This document shows, in pieces, positions 1-11,585 of a stretch of DNA of 64,000 nt (positions are counted from its first letter, which is position 1; every line of letters starts with the position of its first letter). A program made the position numbers and the translations under genes. The stretch is taken from positions 373,922,001 to 373,986,000 of the forward strand of contig OZ024740.1 of NCBI GenBank assembly GCA_964016885.1, read 5' to 3'. Source of the DNA: Eledone cirrhosa (Eukaryota). Under the pieces are notes generated by a model. It was not told the DNA's origin and did not search any database. It saw nothing but the letters and a program-made list of their open reading frames with translations.

Positions 1-771
1 ACTAGCCAATCTCTTCGGAAGAACTTTCGGGCCGGGTCCTATGGACAACTTCCAGAAATCTCTGGCCTGACAGTGCTACCGAGGATCGTTGCCTGTTCGG
101 GATAAACTCTACAGGCATGGAGGAGTCGTCAGCCGGCCTCTCCGAGATGCGTGAAGGGCGACGAAACCATCCTACATGCACTCGTCCAGTGTCCGAGCAT
201 TGCTGAATTGTAGGACGGATCCGGCTATCAGCTGAGTCCATCGTGAGGATGTCCCGCCCTCTTCGTTTAGCCGGGAAGGGCAGGCAGTTTTATCTGTATG
301 TTGGCCATGGCGAATTAGATAGTATGGTGGACACGTTTGAAAGGGCTGAAAACGAGCACTTACCTCTTTCGTGATTCCCTGATTACATTTTACAAATTTC
401 ATTTGAAAAGGAAAATCAGGGGAGAAAGTGAAATGCTCTCTTCCCAGCATTTTGTTGAAAGATGGGTGAGAGAGGCAAGAATGGCGCGAGTGAATGGGCC
501 TATTCTGAGTATGTGTCTGTAAATTAAAGGTGGAAAACTGGGAGAGGGCACTTGCCCTGGTGGTCAGGGTCACTGTGGCTTTTTAATGGGCTTTCTCCAC
601 GAATGTCCCTCGGAAGTCTCCCCCCTATTTTGGGATTTTTTCATTGTTCTATTATTACATCCTCTGTTTCTTGTTTTTTACACGCAGAAATGCCCATTTG
701 TACCGCCCTGTATTGTCCTGTACTGTCCTTAATGTCTACTTTATGTAGATCGTTGTGGTTAATAAAGAAAG

Positions 772-805
<34 letters not shown>
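1..805 (+). mobile_element. 3' end of a degenerate Tx1/L1-like non-LTR retrotransposon (C-terminal zinc-finger region, 3' UTR, (TTA)n tail)
   Basis: Manual translation across a stop and a frameshift gives SLA*QCYRGSLPVRDKLYRHG...PRCVKGDETILHALVQCPSI (zf-RVT-like). The ORF ends at about 522, followed by AATAAA at 761 and (TTA)n at 773-805. Confidence 0.7.
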
Positions 806-1024
806 GGCGACCTACGTAGTAAATCGTATCATCGTGAGCTCCGCAAAGTTTTGTTATTTCCGTTTGTTAAAAATTGCCATTTATGGAAAATTTTTATTGT
901 TAACCATATATAAGCGCACATACATTGTCTTCCGAAAAGGACACCCAAAAAGATTGGGGCCTTGTGCCCAAAATTTAAACTTTTATGATCATCAAAAATT
1001 TCTTTGAAAAAAAAATGGCTAATT

Positions 1025-1231
1025 CACCTCTGTGGTCAGGGCCAATGTGGTCTTTTAATGGGCTTTCTCCACAAACGTCCCTCGGAAGTCTCCCCCCTAT
1101 TGGGGAATTTTTCTTTGTTATTTTATTTCATCCTCTGTTTATTTTACACGCAGAAATGCCCATTTGTACCGTCCTGTATTGTCCTGTACTGTCCTTAATG
1201 TCTACTTTATGTAAACCCGTTATGTAAACCC

Positions 1232-1277
<46 letters not shown>
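1025..1277 (+). repeat. Second copy of the Tx1-like 3' UTR ending in (TTA)n
   Basis: About 1030-1215 aligns with about 559-747 (tggtcaggg...cctcggaagtctccccc...gtctactttatgta). (TTA)n follows at 1233-1277. Confidence 0.85.
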
Positions 1278-4200
1278 TCGTTGAGTCTCAGTCATTGGTG
1301 TTAGTTAACTGGAACGTTTGTTGAAATGAATATCAAGACACTACCTGCAGCCTCAGATATTCAGTACGTATCGGAGGGTTCTTGCTGTTCCCAGCAAGCA
1401 TGCCTTTTGAAGCGTTCCAAAAAGCACGTAGGAGCCAAGTTTCTTTAACCATCACTGGAAACTTTTTGAGATAGTCCCTATTGCGCCTATGACAATCGGG
1501 ATCACTTTCACTTCATGGCAGATCCAAATCCTTTTTACCTCACACTTTAAGTCCTGGTATCGGTTAATTTTCTCCGTCTCCTTCTGTTGCACTCTCGTTT
1601 CGAATGGGCAGGCCACATCCACAATCAGGCACGATCTTTTCTCTTCGTCCACAACCACCAGGTCAGGTTTATTGTGTTCCAGTTTCTTATCCGTCTGTAT
1701 CCGAAAATCCCACACCACCTTCACCTGATCGTTCTCTATCACCGACTCTGGCTTATGCTCATACCACTTCTCAGAATGTCGTAAATTGTTTACTTTGCAT
1801 AGGTGCCAGTGGATCACCCTGCCCATCACATCATGTCTCCAGCCCTTATAGTGAGTCTGGGCTAGGTTTTTACACTCGGATACAATGTGAGCCACAGTCT
1901 CTTCTCTTTCTCCACAGATCCTGCACAGTGGGCTAGCCTCCTCCTTGTAAATATGGTGTTTCAACCACTTCGTTTTGAGGGCCTGCTCCTGCGCAGCCAT
2001 TAACATTCCTTCTGTAGCCTTTTTAAGGTCTCCTCTTTTCAACCAGTTCCATGTCTGTGGATCTCTAAATTCAGTTTTCTCAAAGAAGGTCCTATGAAAG
2101 GATTTTTCCTCAAGGCTACTCTTTCTCCTTGATGTTATTGCCTCCTTGGGCATCCCCTGGCCTATTGTCCCCTCCTTCAGTACAGTTCTGAGCATTGGCT
2201 CCTTACTATCAATCACGTATTTGTGTAGGTTGTTTTTCTCCATCTGAACACAATCCTCTATGCAGATAAGACCTCTTCCACCTTCAGAACTCCTTAAGTA
2301 GAGTCTATGGACATCACTCCTCTTGTGGAACATGTTGTAGATAGTCAATAGCTTCCTAATCTTCCTATCCATTTCTTTTTGTTCAGCAACATTCCATCTC
2401 AGAATTCCCGCACTGTACCTAATAATATACACAGCTCGGGAATGTACTGCACTTATGGCATTCCTACTGTTAAGATGTGATTTGATACGCTCCTTACTCT
2501 CCGAATATATTCAGTTCTTATCAATTCCTTCATTTTTTTGTTCTTGATGTCATAAGCCTCCAGAACACCCAAATACTTGTATCCTTCTTCGGAGTCAATT
2601 TCCTTTATCATATCACCTGTTGGTACCTGGATTCCGTTACTTCTGCTCAACTTACCCCTCTTCATCACAATGACTCCACACTTACTAATACCAAATTGCA
2701 TACATATATCATTGCTGAAAATACGGACAGTGTCAACAAGCACATCCAACACCTTCTCACTCTTCCTGAAGAGATTAAGATCGTCCATGAAGAGGAGGTG
2801 ATTGATGGTAAGCCCACCCTTTCCCAACGTGTATCCTGCTCTCACTTTTCGCAGTACACTGGTCAGGGGCATCAGGGCAAGGACAAACAGCAGAGGGGAC
2901 AGACTATCTCCCTGGAAGATACCTCTCTTGATCTTCACGCTTCCCAAGGAATCTCCAGTTGATGTTAACTCAGTTTCCCAGGACTTCATACTTTTGCCCA
3001 ACAACTGTCTGATGTTATCTACCACCTTGAAGATCTCCAGGCTTTTGGTGATCCAAGAATGTGGCACCATGTCAAATGCCTTTTTGTAGTCTATCCATCC
3101 CATGGAAAGACCAGTGTGTCTACTCTTGCAATTCCTCATTACCATCTTATCAATAAGTAACTGGTCCTTTGTACCACGTGACTTCTTTCGGCATCCTTTC
3201 TGTTCGTCCGTTAACAAGTTGTTTGTGTGGATGTGATGGTAGATTTCCTCAGACATAATGCTTGTCAGGTGTTTCCACATTACGGACAGACATGTGATAG
3301 GTCTATAGTTCGTAACATCATTACCCTGGATTCGGTTTTTTTTTATCAGAACTGTGGTATCTTTTGTCAACCACTCTGGTACCTCACCTGACATCAAGCA
3401 CTCATTGAACATGGTTGTCAGTTTCGGGTGGAGGGATGTTATATTTTTAATCCAATACCCCTGCACACCATCTGGGCCCTTGATTTCCAGTTGGTTAGTT
3501 TTTTGGCCTGCCCCTTAAGAGTTTCAACTGTGATACTCAAATCAGTTTATTGGTGTGCCTGTTCGCTAATCTCCTTCTGTACTGTCTCAATCCACACTGC
3601 CTGATCTTTATGTTTAACATCCTGCTCCCATATTCCTCTCCAGAATGTTTTAGTTTGTTCCGCCTCAGGGATCAAGTCGTTGCCTCTTTCTTTCCCTTCA
3701 AGCTGTCCAAACAACATCTTCTGGTTGTTGTCGAACATGCCGTTCTGTCTATACTGACTGACTCTGTTCTCGTATCACCTAATTTTTGCACTCTTTGCTA
3801 CAATGCGTTGCTTCAGTTCCTCTATGATAATGTTTAGCTTTTTCCTCCTAGTTTTGTACTTTATTTCCAGCCTATTTTTAGTGTCTATGTTTTTTAGTGT
3901 CCCATTCAGTAGGGACTCAAGCTTTCCAATGTCATTTCTCATTTCCGATTTTCAAACTCAGTCGTTTCTTCCACCAAGGCTCTGCTCTTTCTTGTCTGTT
4001 GTTTGCTCTCGCTTTCATACCAAGTGGTTTCCTCATCGTATTTGCTGTTGCTTTGAGGATATTGTTGCACTGGTGAAGGCTCCTCGCCTCAAGGTATGGG
4101 ATGACTTTGTTTACCTTAGCTGTTGTTCCTTTTAACTTTTTCCTGTCTACAAATCTTAGGTTCATAGTCCTCCCACTATCATTGTTCAATTCATCTACCA

Positions 4201-5798
4201 CTAAGTTTAGGATATCAACCAAATCTTGTCCTAGCCCGTCAGCATTCATCTCCTCAGTGGCCGTATCTCTGTTCCATGTATTATTTATCTCAGCATTCAG
4301 ATCATTGTCTGCTTCGGGTGGTTCCTCCGTTCTCTCGACCTCTTAACCTTCATTTCCCTCTGGCTCGTTTGCTTGGCATACTCCACTCTCCGTCTCCAAG
4401 CTAATCTCTCTGCTCAGTTCCTGCAGTTCCAGCTCGCTTATCCACCCATTAGTTCTTATTACCCGAGCCTGCCCACCAATTTTTGTTCATCTAATTTAAA
4501 TAGACCAATCTCGTTCCAGATGTTATGCATCCGTTTCCTATAGCCTTTCTCCTTGGAGTTACTCTTCAGGTAACATTGCATAACAGTTCTATTCAATTCT
4601 TTGGTTCAGTTGGTTCTGGTCCCTTTCCTTCTTCTTCTTCCTCCGACACCAGCAGTATTTGGTTGACAGCCAGGTCCCTGCTGCTAAGCCAGGGAGTACC
4701 TGTTGGGTGAGAGTCTGTCACATGACATTCTAGTCTCCATTTCACCGTTATTCGAACTGTTTAGGTTCGACATTTAAACACTCTTATCGAGGATTGGCGA
4801 ATGTATGGTTACATAACCACTGGCGATTTCATCACCTCCGGTGATTTCGTCACTCCACGTGATTTTTGTGTGGCATTATCATGCTGTAGACGAACATAAA
4901 TAAACAAACAAATAAACAGACAAAAAAAAAAAAAATGAATAAGCATAAGTTTCATTGTAATGTAATATTTGAATGTCTGACTTAGTTTTTCCCTTCCCTT
5001 CTCTGTCCGTCTGTTTGTTTTCCTCTTCATTTTTCTTTTCTTTACGTTTTTCGTTGTTGCTGTGCTGCTTTGATTTTGATTTTGTTTTTTGGGAGTCATC
5101 AATTCAGTCTATTTATATATTTGTATGCCTTCCTCTTTTAGTGGGGGCACTACGATGTAGTAGAGGGTAGCGGGAGAGAATAGCGGCGGTAGTGATAATG
5201 AGGCAGTGGTGGTGGTGGTGGTGCTGTGCTAGCAGCAACTAGCGGCGGTAGTGATAATGAGGCAGTGGTGGTGGTGGTGGTGGCGGTGCTGTGCGAGCAG
5301 CAACTAGCAGGAGGTATTGGGAGAGAATAGCGGCGGTAGCGATAATGAGGCAGTGGTGGTGGTGATGTGATCGTAGTACTGTAGTGATGGTGTTGAAGTT
5401 GGAGTAGAAATAGCGGTTGAGTCGACTTGACCAGAGTTTTCATCGTGGTAGTGGTGGTGGTGTTGGTGGTGAAATTATCTTTAGTTATTTATTCATTTTG
5501 TCATTTTTCTCCTTTTCGACTCTAACATTCCTGATCCAAAATTAAATATTAATCTTGTTTATTAATATTGTCTAGTGATACCGCCACCTTCCCCTTTCGT
5601 AAGTTAACATAGGGTAATGGGGGATAGCGGTGGTAGCAATGAAGGAGTGGTGGCGGCGGTGATGGGATAGTGGTAGTAATGATGGATGGGCGGCGGCGGC
5701 GGTGACTGTAGTGATGGCGTTGTCGTTACTGAGTTTTGTTGAATAGACTGTATTTTGGTTTGATCGGTTAAACTATGGGGTTAGTCGCGTATATGTGT
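1278..5798 (-). mobile_element. Dong/R4-like RLE non-LTR retrotransposon, copy 1 (degenerate, near full length)
   Basis: Colinear with copy 2 over the 3' UTR, ORF and part of the 5' UTR, roughly 90% similar in the ORF by eye. Bounded by (TAA)n on both sides. Confidence 0.9.
1353..4740 (-). pseudogene. Disrupted RT-RLE ORF of Dong/R4-like copy 1
   Basis: ORF fragments 1452..2432, 2453..3466, 3547..3738 and 3932..4249 match consecutive parts of the 1130-aa ORF and are separated by frameshifts or stops. Confidence 0.92.
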
Positions 5799-5902
5799 AT
5801 TATTATTATTATTATTGTTATTGTTATTCCTTGAATCTCAGTCATTGATGTTGGTTAACTGGAAAGTCCGTTGGATTGAATATCAAGCCACTACCTGCAG
5901 CC

Positions 5903-8900
5903 TCAGATATTCAGGACGTATCGGAGGGTTCTTGCCGTTCCAAGCAAGCATGCCTTTTGAAGCGTTCCAAAAAGCGTGAAGGGGCCGATTTTCTTTAACC
6001 ATCCCTGGAAACCTTTGGAGATAGTCCCCAGTGCGCCTATGACAATCGGGATCACTTTGACTTCATGGCAGTTCCAAATCCTTTTCACCTCCCACTTTAG
6101 GTCCTGGTATCGGTTAATTTTCTCCCTCTCCTTCTCTTGCACTCTCGTGTCGAACGGGCAGGCCACATCCACAATCAGACACGATCTTTTTTCTTTGTCC
6201 ACAACCACCAGGTCAGGTCTATTGTGTTCCAGTTTTTTGTCCGTCTGTATCCTAAAATCCCACAGCACCTTCACCTGACTGTTCTCCATCACCGCCTCTG
6301 GCCTATGCTCATACCATTTCTCAGAATGTGGTAGATTGTTTACTTTGCACAGGTGCCAGTGGATCACCCTGCCCATCACATCGTGTCTCCAGCCCTTATA
6401 GTGGGTCTGGGCTAGGTGTTTACACTCGGACACAATGTGAGCCACAGTCTCCTCTCTCTCTCCACAGATCCTGCACAGTGGGCTAGCCTCCTCCTTGTAG
6501 ATATGGTGCTTCAACCACTTCGTTTTGAGGGCCTGCTCCTGCGCAGCCATTAGCATTCCTTCTGTAGCCTTTTTGAGGTCTCCTCTTCTCAACCAGTTCC
6601 ATGTCTGTGGATCTCTAAATTCAGTTTTCTCAAAGAAGGTACTATGAAGGGATTTTCCCTTAAGGCTGCTCTTCCTCCTTGATGTTATTTCCTCCTTGGG
6701 TATCCCCTGGCCTACTGTCCCCTCCTTCAGTACAGCTCTGAGCATTGGCTCCTTACTATAGGTCACGTATTTGTATAGGTTGTTTTTCTCCATCTGAACA
6801 CAGTCCTCTATGCTGATAAGACCTCTTCCACCCTCAGATCTCCTTAGGTAGAGTCTATCGACATCACTCCTCTTGTGGAACATGTTGTAGATAGTCAATA
6901 ACTTCCTAGTCTTCCTATCCATTTCTTTTTGTTCAGCAACATTCCATCTAAGAATTCCCGCACTGTACCTAATAATAGACACAGCTCGGGAATTTACTGC
7001 GCTTATGGCATTTCTGCTGTTCAGATGTGACTTCAATACGCTCCTTACTCTCCGAATGTATTCAGTTCTTAACAATTCCTTCATTTTTTTGTTCTTTATG
7101 CCATCAGCCTCCAGAACGCCCAAATACTTGTATCCTTCCTCAGAGTCAATTTCCTTTATCATCTCACCTGTTGGTATCTGGATCCCGTTACTTCTGCTCA
7201 ACCTACCCCTCCTCATCACAATGACTCCACATTTACCAATACCAAACTGCATACATATATCACTGCTGAAAATACGGACAGTGTCAACAAGCACATCCAA
7301 CTCCTTCTCACTTTTCCCGAAGAGCTTAAGATCGTCCATGAAGAGGAGGTGATTGATGGTAAGCTCTCCCCTTCCCAACTTGTATCCTGCTCTCACTTTT
7401 CGCAGCACAATGGTCAAGGGCATCAGGGCAAGGACAAACAACAGAGGGGACAGGCTATCTCCCTGGAAGATACCTCTCTTGATCTTCACGCTTCCCAAGG
7501 ATACTCCAGTTGATGTCAACTCTGTCTCCCAGGACCCCATACTCCTGCCCAGCAACTGTCTGATGTTATCTGCCACCCTGAAGATCTCCAGGCTTTTGGT
7601 GATCCAGGAATGAGGCACCATGTCAAATGCCTTTCTGTAGTCTATCCATCCCATGGCAAGATCAGTGTGTCTCCTCCTGCAATTCCCCATTACCATCTTA
7701 TCAATAAGCAACTGGTCCTTTGTACCACGTGACTTCTTTCGGCATCCTTTCTGTTCGTCCGGCAACAAGTTGTTTGTGTGGAGGTGATGGTAGATTTCCT
7801 CAGACACAATGCTCGTCAACAGTTTCCACATTACGGGCAGACATGTGATAACTCTATAGTTGGTAACATCATTACCCTTGATTCGGTCTTTCATTATCAG
7901 AACTGTGGTACCTTTTGTCAACCACTCTGGCACCTCACCCGACACCAAGCAGTCATTGAACATGGCCGTCAGCTTCGGGTGGAGGGATGTTAAATGTTTA
8001 ATCCAATACCCCTGCACACCATCTGGGCCTGGTGATTTCCAGTTGGTTAGTTTTTTGGCTTGCCCCTTAAGAGTTTCAACTGTGATACTCAAATCAGTCT
8101 GTTGCTGTGCCTGCTCACCGATCTCCATCTGTACTGTCTCAATCCACCCTGCCTGGGCATTGTGTCTAACATCCTGCTCCCATATTCCTCTCCAGAATGT
8201 TTTAGCTTGTTCCGCCCCAGGGATCAAGTCGGTGCCTCTTTCTTTCCCCTCAAGCTGTCCAAACAGCATCTTCTGGTTGTTGTCGAACCTGCGGTTCTGT
8301 TTATACTGACTGACTCTGTTCTCGTATCGCCTGATTTTTGCACTCTTTGCTACAATGCGTTGCTTCAATTCCTCTATGATAATATTTAGCTTTTTACTCC
8401 TAGTTTTGTATTTTATTTCCAGTCTATTTTTAGTGCCTATGTTTTTTAGTGTCCCATTCAGTAGTGACTCAAGCTTTCCTATGTCATTTCTCATTTCCCC
8501 GATTTGCCCACTCAGTCGCTTCTTCCACCACGGCTCTGCTCTTTCTTGTCTGTTGTTTCCTCTCGCTTTTATACCAAGTAGTTTCCTCACCGTATTTGCT
8601 GTTGCTTTGAGGATATTGTTGCACTGGTGAAGACTCCTCGCCTCAAGGTATGGGATGACTTTGTTTACCTTAGCTGTTGTTTCTTTTAACTTTTTCCTGT
8701 CTACAAATCTTAGGTTCATAGGTCTCCCACTATCATTGTTCAACTCATCTACCACTAAATTTAGGATGTCAACCGAATCTTGTCCTAGCCCGTCAGCATT
8801 CATCTCCTCAGTGGCCGTATCTCTGTTCCAGGTATTATTTATCTCAGTATTCAGATCATTGTCTGCTTCGGGTGGTTCCTCCCCTCTCAGGACCTCCTCA

Positions 8901-9295
8901 CCTTCATTTCCCGCCGGCTCGCTTGTCTGGCATACTACACCCGCCATCTCCAAGCCATTCTCTCTGCTCAGTTCCTCCAGTTCCAGCTCGCTTATCCACC
9001 CATTAGTTCTTATTACCCGAGCCTGCCCGGCCAATTTTTGTTCATCTAATTTAAATAAACCAATCTCGTTCCAGATGTTATGCATCCGTCTCCTGTAGCC
9101 CCTCTCCTTGGGGTTACTTTTCAGGTAGCATTGCATAACAGTTCTATTCAATTCTTTCGTCCAGTTGGTTCTGGCCCCTTTCCTTCTTCTTCTTCCTCCA
9201 ACATCAGCAGTATTTCGTTGACAGTCAGGTTCCCGCTGCTGAGCCAGGGGGCACCTGTTGGGTGAGAGTCTGTCACATGACGTTCTAGTCTCCAT
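5903..9295 (-). CDS. Reverse transcriptase + CCHC zinc knuckle + restriction-like endonuclease polyprotein (R4/Dong clade), 1130 aa
   Basis: RT motifs EQKG, WIDYRKAFDMVPH, GIFQGDSLSPLLF, HLLFMDDLKLF, YKYLG; RLYLRRSEGGRGL; CRICGEREETVAHIVSEC; RHD; RLE motif RPDLVVVD...IVDVACP...EKINRY. No APE domain. Confidence 0.95.
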   Translation of the reverse strand: METRTSCDRLSPNRCPLAQQREPDCQRNTADVGGRRRRKGARTNWTKELNRTVMQCYLKSNPKERGYRRRMHNIWNEIGLFKLDEQKLAGQARVIRTNGWISELELEELSRENGLEMAGVVCQTSEPAGNEGEEVLRGEEPPEADNDLNTEINNTWNRDTATEEMNADGLGQDSVDILNLVVDELNNDSGRPMNLRFVDRKKLKETTAKVNKVIPYLEARSLHQCNNILKATANTVRKLLGIKARGNNRQERAEPWWKKRLSGQIGEMRNDIGKLESLLNGTLKNIGTKNRLEIKYKTRSKKLNIIIEELKQRIVAKSAKIRRYENRVSQYKQNRRFDNNQKMLFGQLEGKERGTDLIPGAEQAKTFWRGIWEQDVRHNAQAGWIETVQMEIGEQAQQQTDLSITVETLKGQAKKLTNWKSPGPDGVQGYWIKHLTSLHPKLTAMFNDCLVSGEVPEWLTKGTTVLIMKDRIKGNDVTNYRVITCLPVMWKLLTSIVSEEIYHHLHTNNLLPDEQKGCRKKSRGTKDQLLIDKMVMGNCRRRHTDLAMGWIDYRKAFDMVPHSWITKSLEIFRVADNIRQLLGRSMGSWETELTSTGVSLGSVKIKRGIFQGDSLSPLLFVLALMPLTIVLRKVRAGYKLGRGELTINHLLFMDDLKLFGKSEKELDVLVDTVRIFSSDICMQFGIGKCGVIVMRRGRLSRSNGIQIPTGEMIKEIDSEEGYKYLGVLEADGIKNKKMKELLRTEYIRRVRSVLKSHLNSRNAISAVNSRAVSIIRYSAGILRWNVAEQKEMDRKTRKLLTIYNMFHKRSDVDRLYLRRSEGGRGLISIEDCVQMEKNNLYKYVTYSKEPMLRAVLKEGTVGQGIPKEEITSRRKSSLKGKSLHSTFFEKTEFRDPQTWNWLRRGDLKKATEGMLMAAQEQALKTKWLKHHIYKEEASPLCRICGEREETVAHIVSECKHLAQTHYKGWRHDVMGRVIHWHLCKVNNLPHSEKWYEHRPEAVMENSQVKVLWDFRIQTDKKLEHNRPDLVVVDKEKRSCLIVDVACPFDTRVQEKEREKINRYQDLKWEVKRIWNCHEVKVIPIVIGALGTISKGFQGWLKKIGPFTLFGTLQKACLLGTARTLRYVLNI

Positions 9296-9864
9296 TTCAC
9301 CGTTATTCGAACTGTTTATGTTCGATATTTAAACACTCTTATCGAGGATTGGCGAATGTATGTTTACATAGCCATCTGTGGATCCGCCATCCCACTTGGC
9401 CCTTGTGTGGCATTATCACCACGCTGTATACGGACACACATAAACAAACAAACACACGGGCAGAAAGGGCCCCAAAAATGAATAAGCATAAGTTTCATTG
9501 TAATGTAGTATTCGAATGTCTGACTTAGTTTTTGTTTTTTAAGTTTTACTTTTTCCCCCCTCTTCTCTGTCCGTCCGCCTGCTTCTCTCTTCATTCTTAT
9601 TTTCTTTACGTTTTTGGGGTTTCTTTTTTTGTTTTTGTTTTTCTCTGTTTTTCTCGTTTTTTACTGTTGTTGCTGTGCTGCTTTTGTTGTTTGTTTTTTC
9701 TTTTTTCTTTTGAGTCTATCTATATATTTTGATGCCTTCCTCTTTGTTAGTAGTAGGAATTCTATAATGTGGAAGTGGTAGCCAGCAGAGACTAGCGGCG
9801 TTGGCGATACTGAGACAGTGGTGGCGGTGATGTCGATACCGAGGCAGTGGTGGCGGTGATGCGA

Positions 9865-10517
9865 CCGTATTACTGTAGTGATGGTGCTGTAGCGGTGGCA
9901 GCAGCAGTGAAGGAGTCAGGGGGTGGTGGCGGCGGTGATGGGATAGTGGTGGTAATGATAGCCGTAGTGAGCGGTGGCGGTGAAGGTGAAAATGCTGTTG
10001 TGTTTAGTGTACACAGATGATGGGGTGGGTGGTATATCTAGTTTCTGGTGTTGGTGAGTTTCGCTGTCCTATATAGTGTAGCCAGAGGAGAGGAGGGGGT
10101 GGGGTTCTCTTCTTCCATTTATAGCCATTTTATTTATTTATTTATTTATTTTTTTTTTTTTTTGGATATACAGTGTACAATACAAAGTTGAATATTTGAA
10201 TATTTGAGCCGTATTACTGTAGTGATGGTGCTGTAGCGGTGGCAGCAGCAGTGAAGGGGTCAAGGGGTGGTGGCGGCGGTGATGGGATAGTGGTGGTAAT
10301 GATGGCCGTAGTGAGCGGTGGCGGTGAAGGTGAAAATGCTGTTGTGTTTAGTGTACACAGATGATGGGGTGGGCGGTGTATCTAGTTTCTGGTGTTGGTG
10401 AGTTTAGCTGTCCTATGTAGTGTAGCCAGAGGAGAGGAGGGGGGGGGGGTTCTTCTTCTTCCATTTATAGCCATTTTTTTTGGATATACAGTGTACAATA
10501 CAAAGTGTACAATACAA
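9865..10517 (-). repeat. Tandem ~340 bp duplication at the 5' end of Dong/R4 copy 2
   Basis: 9865-10188 and 10209-10507 are near-identical (ccgtattactgtagtgatgg...gtgtacaatacaaagt). Confidence 0.9.
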
Positions 10518-10585
<68 letters not shown>

Positions 10586-10675
10586 CGTCATTCGTTTTTC
10601 ATAGGATTACAAATATACATTCTCACAGATTTCTATTAATTAAATAGCTGCATGGCTGGGCAGCCTTAGGAACAG

Positions 10676-11150
10676 TTTATAACATCATTAGAAGCTCAAA
10701 ATCAACAATGGAAACCAAAAGAAAACTTTTTAGCGAATATGTTCTGGCGATGATGATATACGGATGTGAGACGTTGGTACTCCACATCACTACTGTGGAG
10801 ACTACATTAAGTAGATCAGCGTACAATAGAGTGTGTAATGTTCTGCATCCCCTTACATTAGTTGAAAACATCCCTTGCATTTCACAGCTGGCAAGTTTAA
10901 AGGCCAATCTGAGAATCTAAATAAGGCCAAACATAAACGGGATGGCCACATCACTCGTTTTAGAAACAACAGAAGGATTATTGGAGTGACAAAGTGGACA
11001 CCAATGTAGTAGAGAAGAATAGGAGGGCGACCAAAGGCTGGATGGCGCGAAGATCTGACACGATACCTCGTTCCCACATGTCTAACTTTGGACAAAGATA
11101 GGAAGCTGTTGATGTCAACCAGGGAGGTATTCCTCCGACAAAATCGGAAA
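10676..11150 (+). mobile_element. RTE-clade LINE 3' fossil
   Basis: Fragments KRKLFSEYVLAMMIYGCETL, KHKRDGHITR and GGRPKAGWREDL resemble the RTE C-terminus (YG.E.W; W.GH..R; GRP...W.D). Confidence 0.7.
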
Positions 11151-11451
11151 GTCCTAGGTGTTGAACATTTTGAATATTAACTGTTACATATATTTATGCA
11201 GATAATGACTAATCATATGGTAATACTCATAATTCAAAATACTGTATCTGCATCGGTGTTTTTAATCAATCCCTTTAATTATGTACACAAAATCTGACTG
11301 ATCATATATCCTTCTTTTGACATACAGTACATAATATCGTTTTTATGTAGTGTACTGACTGCAAGAAGAAGATATCCGCATCATTTTTTCTTTATACTTT
11401 CACTCGTGTGGGACACCTCGGTTATTTTTCACTTTGTAAAAAAAACCTCAC

Positions 11452-11493
<42 letters not shown>

Positions 11494-11585
11494 ATATATA
11501 TACCTTATTCCGGGTTGAATCCGAGGTAACCACTGTAAGTAAGGTACTCAATACATAGCAGAGTATAAAGGTTTTAATATAGATG

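Larger units (their letters stand above)
5829..10517 (-). mobile_element. Dong/R4-like RLE non-LTR retrotransposon, copy 2 (apparently full length and intact)
   Basis: About 1.2 kb 5' UTR, a single long ORF and a ~75 bp 3' UTR. Flanked by (TAA)n at 5799-5828 and 10518-10582. Confidence 0.92.

Noticed and set aside
5150-5443. Putative ORF1 or uORF in the Dong 5' UTR
   Set aside because: Low-complexity (CCA/CCG)n translation, not preserved as an ORF in copy 2.
1489-9265. Plus-strand ORFs overlapping the Dong/R4 copies
   Set aside because: Antisense shadows of the RT ORF with no independent motifs.
9296-9365. Possible HDV-like ribozyme in the Dong 5' UTR (conserved AATCCTCG)
   Set aside because: I could not form P3 or P1 around the TCCTCG loop by eye. 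A descriptor search would be needed.
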